Shown: positions 50,117 through 59,196 of the stretch, one piece after another
Layout of the letters: every line of letters begins with the position of its first letter
How positions within the stretch are numbered: position 1 is the stretch's first letter
Source: an uncultured Verrucomicrobiae bacterium
GTDB taxonomy: Bacteria > Verrucomicrobiota > Verrucomicrobiia > Limisphaerales > JAFGQR01
Assembly: GCA_963788655.1 (NCBI GenBank)
Contig: CAWBHS010000011.1
Span: 1 to 64,000 of the forward strand
Direction of reading: 5' to 3'
Length of the DNA stretch: 64,000 nt
Notes under the pieces: model-generated
The model's input: only the letters and a program-made list of their open reading frames with translations
Told to the model about the DNA's origin: nothing
Database searches by the model: none
Made by a program: the position numbers and the translations under genes

Positions 50117-51925
50117 CTACTTCGCTTCTGCCATTTTGTTGTCCTTCGCGCCGATGCAGAACAGGTTCTTCGCGCTGCGGACAATCATGTAATTCTGCAC
50201 AAAGGCGGGACTGGCATAGACTTTTTCGCCCAGGCTGGAACGGGCCAGTTCCTTGAACTCACGCCCGGCTTCCAACACGATTGCTGAGCCATCGACGGCG
50301 AAGATCAGCAGGCGTTGACCGACCAGCGTGGGCGAGGCATTGAAGTCCATTTCGTAGTCGTGTTCCCAGACTTTCTTGCCCTCCTTGGCGTCATAACATG
50401 TCACCATGCCGTAACTGCTCACCAAGAACACTAGTTCGCCGTTGCTGACCGGGCTGGTGATGTCCGGAATGCCGTCTTCGGCTTTCCAGAGGATGTGCGT
50501 CTTGGTGACATCCCCTTGACCATCGGGCCGAATGGCCATTAAGTACATGTTGGGACTCACGACATACAACATGTCGTTCACGAAAATCGGCGATGGCGTT
50601 ACTTCGCCTTCGAGACCTTCAGCACGCCAGAGTTCCGTGCCGTCGGTGGTGCTGTTGGCGATGACCCACGGCGGTCCCAACGTGATGATTTGGGTCTTGC
50701 CGGCGGCCTCGATCACAATGGGGGTGGTCCAGGACTCACCGACGGGCGGCTGCCGTTGCCAGACGATGTTGCCGGTGGCGCCGTCCAGGGCATACAAACG
50801 CGACAAGTGTTCATCCGGGCTGCCCTGGTCGAGTTGCACAATCAACCGATCCTGCCACGTCGTCAGCGAACTGGCGTGGCCCTGTGTGTTTTGCGGGACG
50901 CCGAGGTTTTTCGCCCAGGCGAGGGTGCCGTCGAAGTTGAATGCCGCCAGGTCGCCGTTGGCGAAAATCACATACGCGCGTTGGCCGTCGGTGGCCATGG
51001 TGGCGGCCGCGAAGCCGGTTTGTTCGGGAATGTTCGGCAGTTTACCGGTGTTGCCGGGCACATTCTCGACGGGGCGTTCCCAAAGCAAATTGCCGGAGGC
51101 GAGTTCGTAGCACATCACCTTGCGCTTCTTCTTGTCGCCGCCCGAAATGAAAACGTGATTACCCCACACAATGGGCGAGTTGAAACCTGAAGCCGGCACG
51201 GGCGATTTCCAGGCAATGCCAGCGCCGGAAGCAACCTCAAACTGAAGCAGGAAGTTGGTTTGCCCGATTAGACCATTGCCGCCCGGCCCGCGAAAACGCG
51301 GCCAGTTGGCTTGATATTCCGCGGGCGAGGGACCGGGAGTCTTGGAAGCGGCGGAAGCCGGGTTGTCCTGGGCCAGCAGTTGCTCGAGCTCGCTTGGCCG
51401 CGAAGGCACAGCCGTGCTCATGGTCAAGCCCAAGCCCGCGAACGCCAGCACCAAAAGGGCGCCCAGAGCGGCGACCGACCAGCGCGCCTGGGCGGCGTAG
51501 CGAGCGGCGCGCTCGGCGGCATCCGGGGCAAGTTGCGGCCGCGGGGGCTGGACGTGCAATTTATAAATCTGTTTCGCGGCCAGCAGGAAGACCGCGAGCC
51601 CCCCGAGGAGCATCCAACCGCCGGCGCCGTTCATGGACAATTGCCTGAAATAACTCTGGCGCAGTTCCAGGTCCTGTTCGCGTATGTGCTGCTTGAGCTG
51701 TTCGTCTTTCGGGGACGTGGCGAGTTGGTCTTTGAGTGCGGCCATCTGCGGCGCCTTCAACGGGTCGTCCACCTTCGAACGCACGTGCTGGACGATCATC
51801 CCGAGGACGAGCACCAGGCAGAACAATCCGGAAATGATCGCTGTCAGAACCGCAGCACGATTGAGTTCCGCCGGCCGCGGCTGGCCGGACGAACTGGAAT
51901 TGAGCGCTGGGACGTTGGCAGGCAT
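50117..51925 (-). CDS. Membrane-anchored PQQ-binding-like (BamB-type) beta-propeller protein
   Basis: Three N-terminal TM helices, NWPRFRGPGG, and repeated SP..G..W propeller motifs. Confidence 0.88.
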   Translation of the reverse strand: MPANVPALNSSSSGQPRPAELNRAAVLTAIISGLFCLVLVLGMIVQHVRSKVDDPLKAPQMAALKDQLATSPKDEQLKQHIREQDLELRQSYFRQLSMNGAGGWMLLGGLAVFLLAAKQIYKLHVQPPRPQLAPDAAERAARYAAQARWSVAALGALLVLAFAGLGLTMSTAVPSRPSELEQLLAQDNPASAASKTPGPSPAEYQANWPRFRGPGGNGLIGQTNFLLQFEVASGAGIAWKSPVPASGFNSPIVWGNHVFISGGDKKKRKVMCYELASGNLLWERPVENVPGNTGKLPNIPEQTGFAAATMATDGQRAYVIFANGDLAAFNFDGTLAWAKNLGVPQNTQGHASSLTTWQDRLIVQLDQGSPDEHLSRLYALDGATGNIVWQRQPPVGESWTTPIVIEAAGKTQIITLGPPWVIANSTTDGTELWRAEGLEGEVTPSPIFVNDMLYVVSPNMYLMAIRPDGQGDVTKTHILWKAEDGIPDITSPVSNGELVFLVSSYGMVTCYDAKEGKKVWEHDYEMDFNASPTLVGQRLLIFAVDGSAIVLEAGREFKELARSSLGEKVYASPAFVQNYMIVRSAKNLFCIGAKDNKMAEAK

Positions 51926-51943
51926 GAAGGCGTAGCGGTGTCT

Positions 51944-53300
51944 CTAATTCGGTTTTCGAGCTTCCAATTGCGTTTGGACGTACTGCTCCACGTCCTCGGC
52001 CGGAAGCAGCCCCAGCCGCACCCGTTCGTTGGGGCAATGCTCAAAACAACGCGCGCACGAAAGACACGCACCGCGATCCGGTTCGTAATCCGTTCGCGAA
52101 TGGCGCACGGACAGGCTGATCAATTTGGCACCCAACACCAAGCCGATCCAACCGCCGAGCAGCCAGCCGCCAATCAGGAATTCGTGCCGAATCGCCGCGG
52201 CATTTTCGAGCAGCGCTTGGGGTTCTTTCGCCGCGCGTTCAAGCTCCAGGGCTTCCGGCGACTGCGGCGCGTATTCAATGGGGGACCTTTGGTTCTGCAA
52301 ATACTTCTCTGCCAATGCCACCTTGGGATTGAGCAACGAAGCGGGTTTGCCCAACAACGATCCTGCCCAGCCCAATCCCAGGATCAGCACCGGCGTGAGC
52401 AAGAGTAAACCCGCGAGGCGGCGGCGGTCTTGGGCCAAGGTCGCGGGATTGGCAGTGCCGGCCGATGGCTCGCGCATGGCGCCAAACGGACAAGAGTGTT
52501 CGCACAGTTTACACTGGGTGCATTCGGTCGGAGTGGTGCGCACACGCCATTTGCTGACGGTGGAAGTCATTTTAAGCAGCGCACCATAGGGACAAAGAAA
52601 CCGGCAATACGGGTCGCCCTACAAACATGCCCAGCAGCAAGAACGCACCGCCCAACAGCAGTATCCCGAAACTGCCGGACAAACGGAACAGCGGCACAAA
52701 GGGATCGTACCGGCAGATGAGAAATGTGCTGCCGGTGGCGGCGAACAAAACGCCCGCGCCCAAATAGACGAACGGCACCACGCTCAGCGCGTGCTCCACC
52801 CAACCCGGCACTTTGACCGGTTTGATCAGCACCAAGTCCTGGATCGCCCCGTGCGGACAGACGCCGGCGCAGAAGGAGCGTCCGAAAAACAGCGCCACCA
52901 AAAGCGGCAGCGCAAAGAAACCAATCACAAACAGCGGCAGGACATAACTGTGATCGCCCAGGGCCAGCGCAACATTCTGAATGGAGCCGATGACACACAA
53001 GCAGCCCGCCCGGTAAAAACCGAAATAAGCCAGCGAGAACAGGGAAAGCGCCACGACGCCTTTGCGGGAGCGCCGCCTCAACGCCAGCCAGGAGGCAATT
53101 CCCAGTCCGGCGACAAGCACGGCCAGATCCACATATTCCATGGTTAAGGCGCGTGGTGCGGGCGTGGCGGTGGTGGGCAGTTGGTGGCCACCTTCGAAAT
53201 CCGGCGGCGGGAAGCGTTGGGCGGTGAAAGCGGATTGGGCGATCAGCAAGAACAGGAAACCGATGAGGAGAGGGAGGAGTGATCGAAATCCCGCTTTCAT
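51944..53300 (-). CDS. NapH/MauN/NosR-like membrane polyferredoxin (4Fe-4S binding), one frameshift at ~52612
   Basis: Multiple TM helices, GCLCVIGSIQ, FCAGVCPHGAIQD, ICRYDPF, PYCRFLCPYG (second frame), CTQCKLCEHSCP and CLSCARCFEHCP. Confidence 0.88.
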
Positions 53301-53378
53301 GGGGAGCCTGGCTGAGCCAATCTGGCCAGCCTCCGGTTGGATGTCTTGTTCTAACACTACAACGACACTTTCACCGAT

Positions 53379-53550
53379 AGGCGCGCGGCGTTTAGGCCGC
53401 TTCAAGCACCCAAGGCCAACCAGCGGCTTGTGGGATAGGACGGTGAAGCGGCGTAAACGCCGCGCGCCTGCCGCGATTCGCCGGAACTGTCGCTGTAGTG
53501 CAAATCCGAAAGCGCCGGCAAGCCGGACGCACTCCAAACGCTGGCGCGAC
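53379..53550. repeat. Cluster of REP-like palindromes inside the redox operon
   Basis: aggcgcgcggcgtttaggccgcttca (53379-53404) and tgaagcggcgtaaacgccgcgcgcct (53444-53469) are reverse complements at 25/26 positions. A second motif aaagcgccggcaagccggacgcactccaaa lies at ~53509-53538. Confidence 0.75.
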
Positions 53551-53630
53551 TGATCGCGGGCATTGAGCGCTTGGCAAGCCGGCTGATTGCCCACGCTACT
53601 CGACTGAACTCCATTCGACCGTTCCATCCT

Positions 53631-54218
53631 TTAGTGCGTCGTCGGGGCGGTCTTGAGCAGGTAAGCGTGATCCACCGGCACCCGCCGAAAGGCATCCCCG
53701 GCACAGGCGCGGGCAATGGAACATTCGTTGCAATTCAGGCAGCGGTCATGGCGCACCTGGAGGTAAAGCGAGCCGTTGCCAAACCGGTTGCAACCTTCGA
53801 CGCATTTGCCGCAACCGATGCACAAGTCCTCGTCGATGGTGTATTCGTAATACGGATCTTCGACAAAGGACCGTTTGATGGCTGCCGTGGGGCAAAGCTG
53901 GTTCTCAGCCGCGGTATTGAGAGCGTTGGGCTGCGGCACAAAGTAGCCGGTGCAAAGCTGGCAATAACCGCAGATGGCGTGGGAGTGGACACATTTGACA
54001 GCGGATTGTTCCAGCACGCACTCGGTGGCGCAGCGACCGCAACGCACACATTTCGCCGGGTCAATCTGCCAATAATATTCCTTCGCCGAGGTGCGCCCCA
54101 CCAGCGCCCCGGCCAATCCGCCCAAGCCCGCCACGGCGGCCACGCGGAAGCCGTCCCGCATGAACTGGCGGCGGCTGACGGGCGGTGGCGTTGGTTGCTT
54201 TTGTGGATCGTTTTCCAT
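53631..54218 (-). CDS. Tat-signal polyferredoxin (about four [4Fe-4S] clusters)
   Basis: SRRQFMR followed by a hydrophobic helix. CVRCGRCATEC, CGYCQLC, LCPT, CIGCGKCVEGC and CLNCNEC..AC. Confidence 0.9.
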   Translation of the reverse strand: MENDPQKQPTPPPVSRRQFMRDGFRVAAVAGLGGLAGALVGRTSAKEYYWQIDPAKCVRCGRCATECVLEQSAVKCVHSHAICGYCQLCTGYFVPQPNALNTAAENQLCPTAAIKRSFVEDPYYEYTIDEDLCIGCGKCVEGCNRFGNGSLYLQVRHDRCLNCNECSIARACAGDAFRRVPVDHAYLLKTAPTTH

Positions 54219-54222
54219 CGAT

Positions 54223-55305
54223 TTAGCCCGGTTGGTTGGTGGGTTGCGGAGCAGCGAAAGCCGTCTTGGCCTTCTTAACCATGATCCGGATCTCGTTGGT
54301 GACGGTATCGAGAATGTAAATGCGGCCCGCGGCGTCCGTGGCGACATCCAATGCGGCGTAGCTGCCGTCAGCCGGATTCTTGTCCACAGCGGCTTTGGCA
54401 TTTTCCACGAAGGACTCGGGGCCGGCCACCACTGATTCAAACTCGCCGTGAACACTATAGACCTTCACCCGTAGCAATCCCTTTTCGCAGGTGACAATCC
54501 GGCCATCCGGCAAGATCGCCAGGCTGATCGGATTGCAGCATCCGCAGAAGCCTTCAATCGCAGCGGACGCTTTGCCCCAACTCAACTCGAGATGCCCGTC
54601 GTAGGTATAAACCTCCACTTGGTGACGCCCGGGATTGTTGACCTGCAGCAGCCCGCTGGGATGAATATCCACGTCCAGAAACGGACTGGGCAGGATCAAG
54701 CCGGGAACATTGCGATCCGCGTCGTGCTGGCCAAGACGGTTAACCAGCTTCCCCGACCGGTCGGTGTGCAACACCACGCGATTGCCGGAATCACCAACAA
54801 ACACGTCATTCTTGGCAGCAGCCAATCCGGTGATCCAGGCCCGTTGGCCGAGCGAATCCCAAGCCGCAGGCCGGTTTTGTCTGGGCGCGAACACTTCGAC
54901 GTGATCGCGCAATCCGGCGTAAAGCGTCCCATCGCCAGCCACAGCCACCGCCCGCGCCGGACCGGTCAAGGCCCTTTCACCCACTGGCTTGCCCGACGTG
55001 TCGAGAATGCTCACGTAGTTTCCCGCCGCCACATACAACCGTTCATCCGGTCCGAACGCCAGACGCCGCGTATCGCCTCGCGGGCAGCGGAACCGTTTGG
55101 CCTCTTCGTAATGGATCAGCTTCGGGTCGGTTCTGCTAAACTGGCTCAGGTCGTAAGCAAACGGATTGGTTTGCTTCGGATCTGCGGCTTGCCCGTGTCG
55201 CTGGGTTAGCATCAAGGCACCGCCCACGCCTGCCGCGCCGGCGGCAAACAAGCTGGTTTGCAGGAAGTGACGACGGGTTAGTGGATCAATGGTGGGCTTT
55301 TTCAT
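54223..55305 (-). CDS. Tat-signal NHL-repeat beta-propeller protein with a CGCC motif
   Basis: TRRHFLQ, NHL-like repeats (AVAGDGTLY, VFVGDSGNRVV, VATDAAGRIYILD) and GFCGCCNP. Confidence 0.85.
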   Translation of the reverse strand: MKKPTIDPLTRRHFLQTSLFAAGAAGVGGALMLTQRHGQAADPKQTNPFAYDLSQFSRTDPKLIHYEEAKRFRCPRGDTRRLAFGPDERLYVAAGNYVSILDTSGKPVGERALTGPARAVAVAGDGTLYAGLRDHVEVFAPRQNRPAAWDSLGQRAWITGLAAAKNDVFVGDSGNRVVLHTDRSGKLVNRLGQHDADRNVPGLILPSPFLDVDIHPSGLLQVNNPGRHQVEVYTYDGHLELSWGKASAAIEGFCGCCNPISLAILPDGRIVTCEKGLLRVKVYSVHGEFESVVAGPESFVENAKAAVDKNPADGSYAALDVATDAAGRIYILDTVTNEIRIMVKKAKTAFAAPQPTNQPG

Positions 55306-55308
55306 GAA

Positions 55309-55557
55309 TCAACCTCCAGTTAGTGGGTTCTTTACGGACAACGCCGCAGGCAGGTCGCAGCCGGAGAATATCGGACAGCCCCCGCAAATGCCCTGGTTCA
55401 CGCAGGCCGGATTGGGCGCAGTCCGACGGCTTGCCGTCGCCAGGGCGCCCCCAGCGGTGAGGGCGCCAAGCAACAGATAACGGGCGGCGCCGCGCACAAA
55501 CTCGCGGCGACTGCTCTCTGTGGTTGGACGAGGGTCCATCATTGAACGGTTTATCAT
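55309..55557 (-). CDS. Small Tat-signal four-cysteine protein
   Basis: SRREFVR plus a hydrophobic helix, then CVNQGICGGCPIFSGCDLP. Ends 3 bp before the next gene. Alternative ATGs at 55542 and 55539. Confidence 0.75.
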   Translation of the reverse strand: MINRSMMDPRPTTESSRREFVRGAARYLLLGALTAGGALATASRRTAPNPACVNQGICGGCPIFSGCDLPAALSVKNPLTGG

Positions 55558-55828
55558 GTTTTGACTGCCAGGGCCGTGATTCTATTCTCTACAAAATCAA
55601 GCAACTGCACAGCCGACCACGACATCCAATCTCCGCCCAGCCCCCGCTACGGACTACGGCAGTTTTGCCCAACCCTAAACATTTTTTGGCCAAGCCGTCT
55701 CTGATTTGGGTCAAGGTTTTTGCCTGAGGAGTTTTGCGATTGCACCACGAAGGTTTGTCTGGCCCCCTCCTTGGGAGGAGAGAATTGTCCGGAAAGTTTG
55801 CGCTATAAATCCCGGAAGCGGGTGAAAG

Positions 55829-55899
55829 GTAGGGCGCGTCACTCCGTGCGCGCCGCTGACACAAGAGGACATCCTGCCACGTTCGGCGGCGCACCCTAC
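55829..55899. repeat. GTAG-type REP doublet
   Basis: gtagggcgcgtcactccgtgcgcgccg ... cggcggcgcaccctac (right arm shortened). Confidence 0.7.
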
Positions 55900-56396
55900 C
55901 GCGACGGTTCATCGCGAATATCGGAGGCGTTACGGTGCGGCGGCAGCAGGAACGCCAGCGTAGGCTCAGCCATTTCGACCAATTGACTCGCCGCCCCGGC
56001 GATGCGGGTCAGATCATCAAGGAAACCAACATCATTGCGCACCGCCGGCTTCTTTTGCAGGCTGGCGGCGGTTTGCCGAATGCGCCCGGCGGTCTTTTGA
56101 AGCTGCGTGAGGAGTCCGGCAATATCGCTCTCACCGGACTCGATACGTTGCGGCTCCAGTTCGCCATTCACGGCCTGGGTCAGTTCATTGGCGGTGCGTT
56201 CGATCAACTGAAGGCGCGAATTCAGAAAGTTCAGTCCTTGCGGTCCGGTCTGTTCGATCAAAATCTCGGTGAACCCCAGAATGTGCGCCAGCGGATTGCG
56301 CAGATCGTGCCGGGCTTTGGCGACGGCTTTGGCAAAGGCTTCACGGCAGTCATTGCCTTCCGACGACGGGGTATGATGGGCAGCATTTGAAGGCAT
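55896..56396 (-). CDS. HisKA (dimerisation/phosphoacceptor) domain protein without an ATPase domain, possibly truncated
   Basis: RHDLRNPLAHILGFTEIL H-box. No N/G1/G2 boxes. The stop codon lies inside a REP arm. Confidence 0.7.
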   Translation of the reverse strand: MPSNAAHHTPSSEGNDCREAFAKAVAKARHDLRNPLAHILGFTEILIEQTGPQGLNFLNSRLQLIERTANELTQAVNGELEPQRIESGESDIAGLLTQLQKTAGRIRQTAASLQKKPAVRNDVGFLDDLTRIAGAASQLVEMAEPTLAFLLPPHRNASDIRDEPSR

Positions 56397-56410
56397 TGCA
56401 CAACCTCCGG

Positions 56411-56797
56411 TTACCGGTCATCAGATTGTTGACGGAAGCCCAATAGCGCTTCGATCTTGTCGAACAACCGGGGAAATTGGAACGGCTTGGTATCATAATC
56501 ATCGCAGCCGGCTTCGAGGGAGCTTTCCCGGTCGCCCTGCATCACGTGGGCGGTCAGCGCGATCACCGGGATGTGTTGCACTTGAGGATCGGCTTTCAAC
56601 TGGCGCGTGGCCTCCCACCCGTCCACGTCCGGCAGCCCCATGTCCATCAGAATCAAATCCGGCTGTTCCTTGGCCGCCAGCGCCAGGCCTTGCGCCGCAT
56701 CTTCGGCGGTCAGCACCTGATAACCGCGCCGTTGCAACTGGCGGGTCACCAGGATACGATTGTTCTCCGTATCCTCAATGTAGAGAATTCTGTGCAT
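56411..56797 (-). CDS. Single-domain response regulator (DivK/CheY-like)
   Basis: ILYIED, PDLILMD, PVIALTAH and DYDTKP. Confidence 0.93.
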   Translation of the reverse strand: MHRILYIEDTENNRILVTRQLQRRGYQVLTAEDAAQGLALAAKEQPDLILMDMGLPDVDGWEATRQLKADPQVQHIPVIALTAHVMQGDRESSLEAGCDDYDTKPFQFPRLFDKIEALLGFRQQSDDR

Positions 56798-56909
56798 AAT
56801 CGGCGCTTCACTGGCGGGCGCTGGTCACGATAGAAAAACAAAACCGCTCGTTGCGCAACGGCCTTTTACGCTGCTCGACAATTGCCGGCGCCTTTTCTAC
56901 TGTTCGCCG

Positions 56910-57692
56910 GTGAACATTCTCTTCGTGGGCGACATTGTGGGCGAACCCGGCCGGCGGGCGGTGAAGGAACTCGTGCCGCGTTTGCGGCAGCGCCATGCCC
57001 TTCATGCCGTTGTGGTGAATGGCGAAAATGCCGCCGGCGGCGCTGGGATTACTCCCAAGACCGCCGAAGAGATCTTCAACAGCGGCGTCGATGTCATGAC
57101 CACCGGCGACCATTTGTGGGACCAGAAGGAAGTCACCACGTTGTTGGAACACGAGCCCCGCTTCCTGCGTCCGGCCAATTATCCTCCTGGCACCATGGGG
57201 AAAGGCAGTCGTCTCATTCAATTGGAAAGCCAGCCACCCTTCGGCGTATTGAATCTCCAGGGACGGGTGTTCATGGCGGCATTGGACAATCCCTTCACCT
57301 GTGCCCAAGCCGAAGTCGCGCGCTTGCGGACCCAAACTCCAATCATCCTCGTGGACCTGCACGCGGAGGCGACTTCGGAAAAAATCGCCCTGGGCCGGAT
57401 GTTGGATGGCCAGGTGAGCGCAGTGATCGGCACCCACACGCACGTGCAAACGGCCGACGAACAAATCTTCCCGGGCGGCACTGCCTACATCTCCGACGCC
57501 GGGTTTACGGGGCCGCATGAAAGCGTGCTCGGCCGGGAAATTGAGCCGGTGATCAAGCGGTTTCTCACCTGCACGCCGCAGCGGTTTCCCGTGGCGAAAC
57601 AGCGAACGCTTCTGCAGGGAGTGCTTCTTAACCTCGATGAGGTCAGCGGCCGGGCTGTCACCATTCAGAGAATTTCGGAGCCGCTGCCATGA
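56910..57692 (+). CDS. ymdB: TIGR00282-family metallophosphoesterase (YmdB-like)
   Basis: LFVGDIVGEPGR, NGENAAGG, TTGDH, LRPANYP, DLHAEATSEK, GTHTHVQTAD and SDAGFTG. Confidence 0.93.
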   Translation: MNILFVGDIVGEPGRRAVKELVPRLRQRHALHAVVVNGENAAGGAGITPKTAEEIFNSGVDVMTTGDHLWDQKEVTTLLEHEPRFLRPANYPPGTMGKGSRLIQLESQPPFGVLNLQGRVFMAALDNPFTCAQAEVARLRTQTPIILVDLHAEATSEKIALGRMLDGQVSAVIGTHTHVQTADEQIFPGGTAYISDAGFTGPHESVLGREIEPVIKRFLTCTPQRFPVAKQRTLLQGVLLNLDEVSGRAVTIQRISEPLP

Positions 57693-57789
57693 AATCGCGC
57701 CGGCTACCGCCGGTCGGTGGTTTGCGCTCAGGATGAACTATCCGCGATGACGCTGTTCCCAGTTTCCATAGTCTGACTCGCACCCAACC

Positions 57790-59196
57790 ATGCCCCGCAA
57801 AACCAAATCCCAATGGCAGTTCGGCGAACTGTTTCCGCCGGAAGCCACGCGGCTGGTGTTCAGCGTCAGCGAATTGACCGGCAAGGTCCGTCGGTTGCTC
57901 GAACAACAACTCGGCTTGGTCTGGGTCAGTGGCGAAATCACCAATCTCCGCGTGCAAAGTTCCGGCCACGTCTATTTCACCCTCAAAGACGCATTTGCCC
58001 AACTCAATTGTGGACTGTTCCGCCACGAGCCGGTGGCCCATCGGGAGCTGCTCGAGGATGGCCAGAAAGTAATCTTGCAGGGTGACCTCACCGTGTACGA
58101 ACCGCGGGGCCAATACCAACTCGTCGTTCATCAGGCCGAACTCCAGGGCGTGGGGGCACTCCAATTGGCCTTGGAAAAACTCAAACAGAAGCTCCAGGCA
58201 GAAGGACTGTTCGACGCCGCGCGTAAACGTTCGCTGCCGCGCTGCCCGCAACGCCTTGGTCTGGTGACCTCGCCCACCGGCGCCGCCATTCGCGACGTGT
58301 TGCATGTCGTGGAACGCCGCCATCCAGGGTTGGAAATCATCCTGGCGCCGTGTCGGGTCCAGGGCGAGGGCGCAGCGGCGGAAATTGCGACGGCCATCCG
58401 GCTTCTGAATGAATACCATCAGACCGCGCTCCGCGATCGAGGCGCTGGGCTGGACTTGATCCTGGTCACTCGCGGTGGCGGCAGCCTCGAAGATTTATGG
58501 GCGTTCAACGAGGAGGCGGTGGCGCGGGCGGTCTTTGAATCCACGCTGCCGGTGGTGTCGGCCGTCGGCCACGAAATTGATTTTTCCCTCAGCGACCTGG
58601 TGGCGGATCTGCGGGCCGCCACGCCCAGTGCCGCGGCCGAAATCATTACCGAAGGCGTCTTTGCCAGCCGCCAATGGATTGCCCAAGTGGCGGGGCGCCT
58701 GCCGCAATGGGCGCGGCAGCGTTTGGCGAACGAGTGGGATGAATTGCAGCAGTGGTGCCAGCGTCTGAGCCGATTGCATCCTCGTCGGCGCGTGCAAGAA
58801 CAGTTGCAGTATCTGGATGATCTTCAATCCGCGCTTCAGCGTTGCGTCCGACAGGGATGGCGCGAACGGCGTACGGAGTGGAGTCATTTGCGGCAGCGTT
58901 TGGGAGCCATCAAACCGGCCCAAGTCATGGGACATCACCGCCACGCCCTGCAGGAACTCAGTCGCCGGTTCCGGGAATCGCTTCGTTACCAACTGGAAAC
59001 GTTTCGCAACCGGCATGCTCAGTTCGAGGCGCGCCTGCGGTTGCTTTCCCCGGAGAACGTTCTGCAACGTGGTTACTCGATCACTACGGACGCCGCGTCC
59101 GGCCGGATCATCCGCGACGCACGCGAAGTCCAGTCCGGACAAAAGTTAAAGACCCGTCTCCATCAAGGCGAAATTCGGAGCACGGCCGAATCGTAG
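57790..59196 (+). CDS. xseA: Exodeoxyribonuclease VII large subunit
   Basis: VWVSGEI, SGHVYFTLKD, VTSPTGAAIRD, RGGGSLEDLWAFN, SAVGHEID, RAATPSAAAE and LSPENVLQRGYS. Confidence 0.97.
   Translation: MPRKTKSQWQFGELFPPEATRLVFSVSELTGKVRRLLEQQLGLVWVSGEITNLRVQSSGHVYFTLKDAFAQLNCGLFRHEPVAHRELLEDGQKVILQGDLTVYEPRGQYQLVVHQAELQGVGALQLALEKLKQKLQAEGLFDAARKRSLPRCPQRLGLVTSPTGAAIRDVLHVVERRHPGLEIILAPCRVQGEGAAAEIATAIRLLNEYHQTALRDRGAGLDLILVTRGGGSLEDLWAFNEEAVARAVFESTLPVVSAVGHEIDFSLSDLVADLRAATPSAAAEIITEGVFASRQWIAQVAGRLPQWARQRLANEWDELQQWCQRLSRLHPRRRVQEQLQYLDDLQSALQRCVRQGWRERRTEWSHLRQRLGAIKPAQVMGHHRHALQELSRRFRESLRYQLETFRNRHAQFEARLRLLSPENVLQRGYSITTDAASGRIIRDAREVQSGQKLKTRLHQGEIRSTAES

Noticed and set aside
53301..53627. 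109-aa N-terminal extension of the membrane polyferredoxin
   Set aside because: It is translated REP-like palindrome sequence (LECVRLAGAF, GARRLRRF). The ATG at 53300, just before a hydrophobic leader, is the better start.
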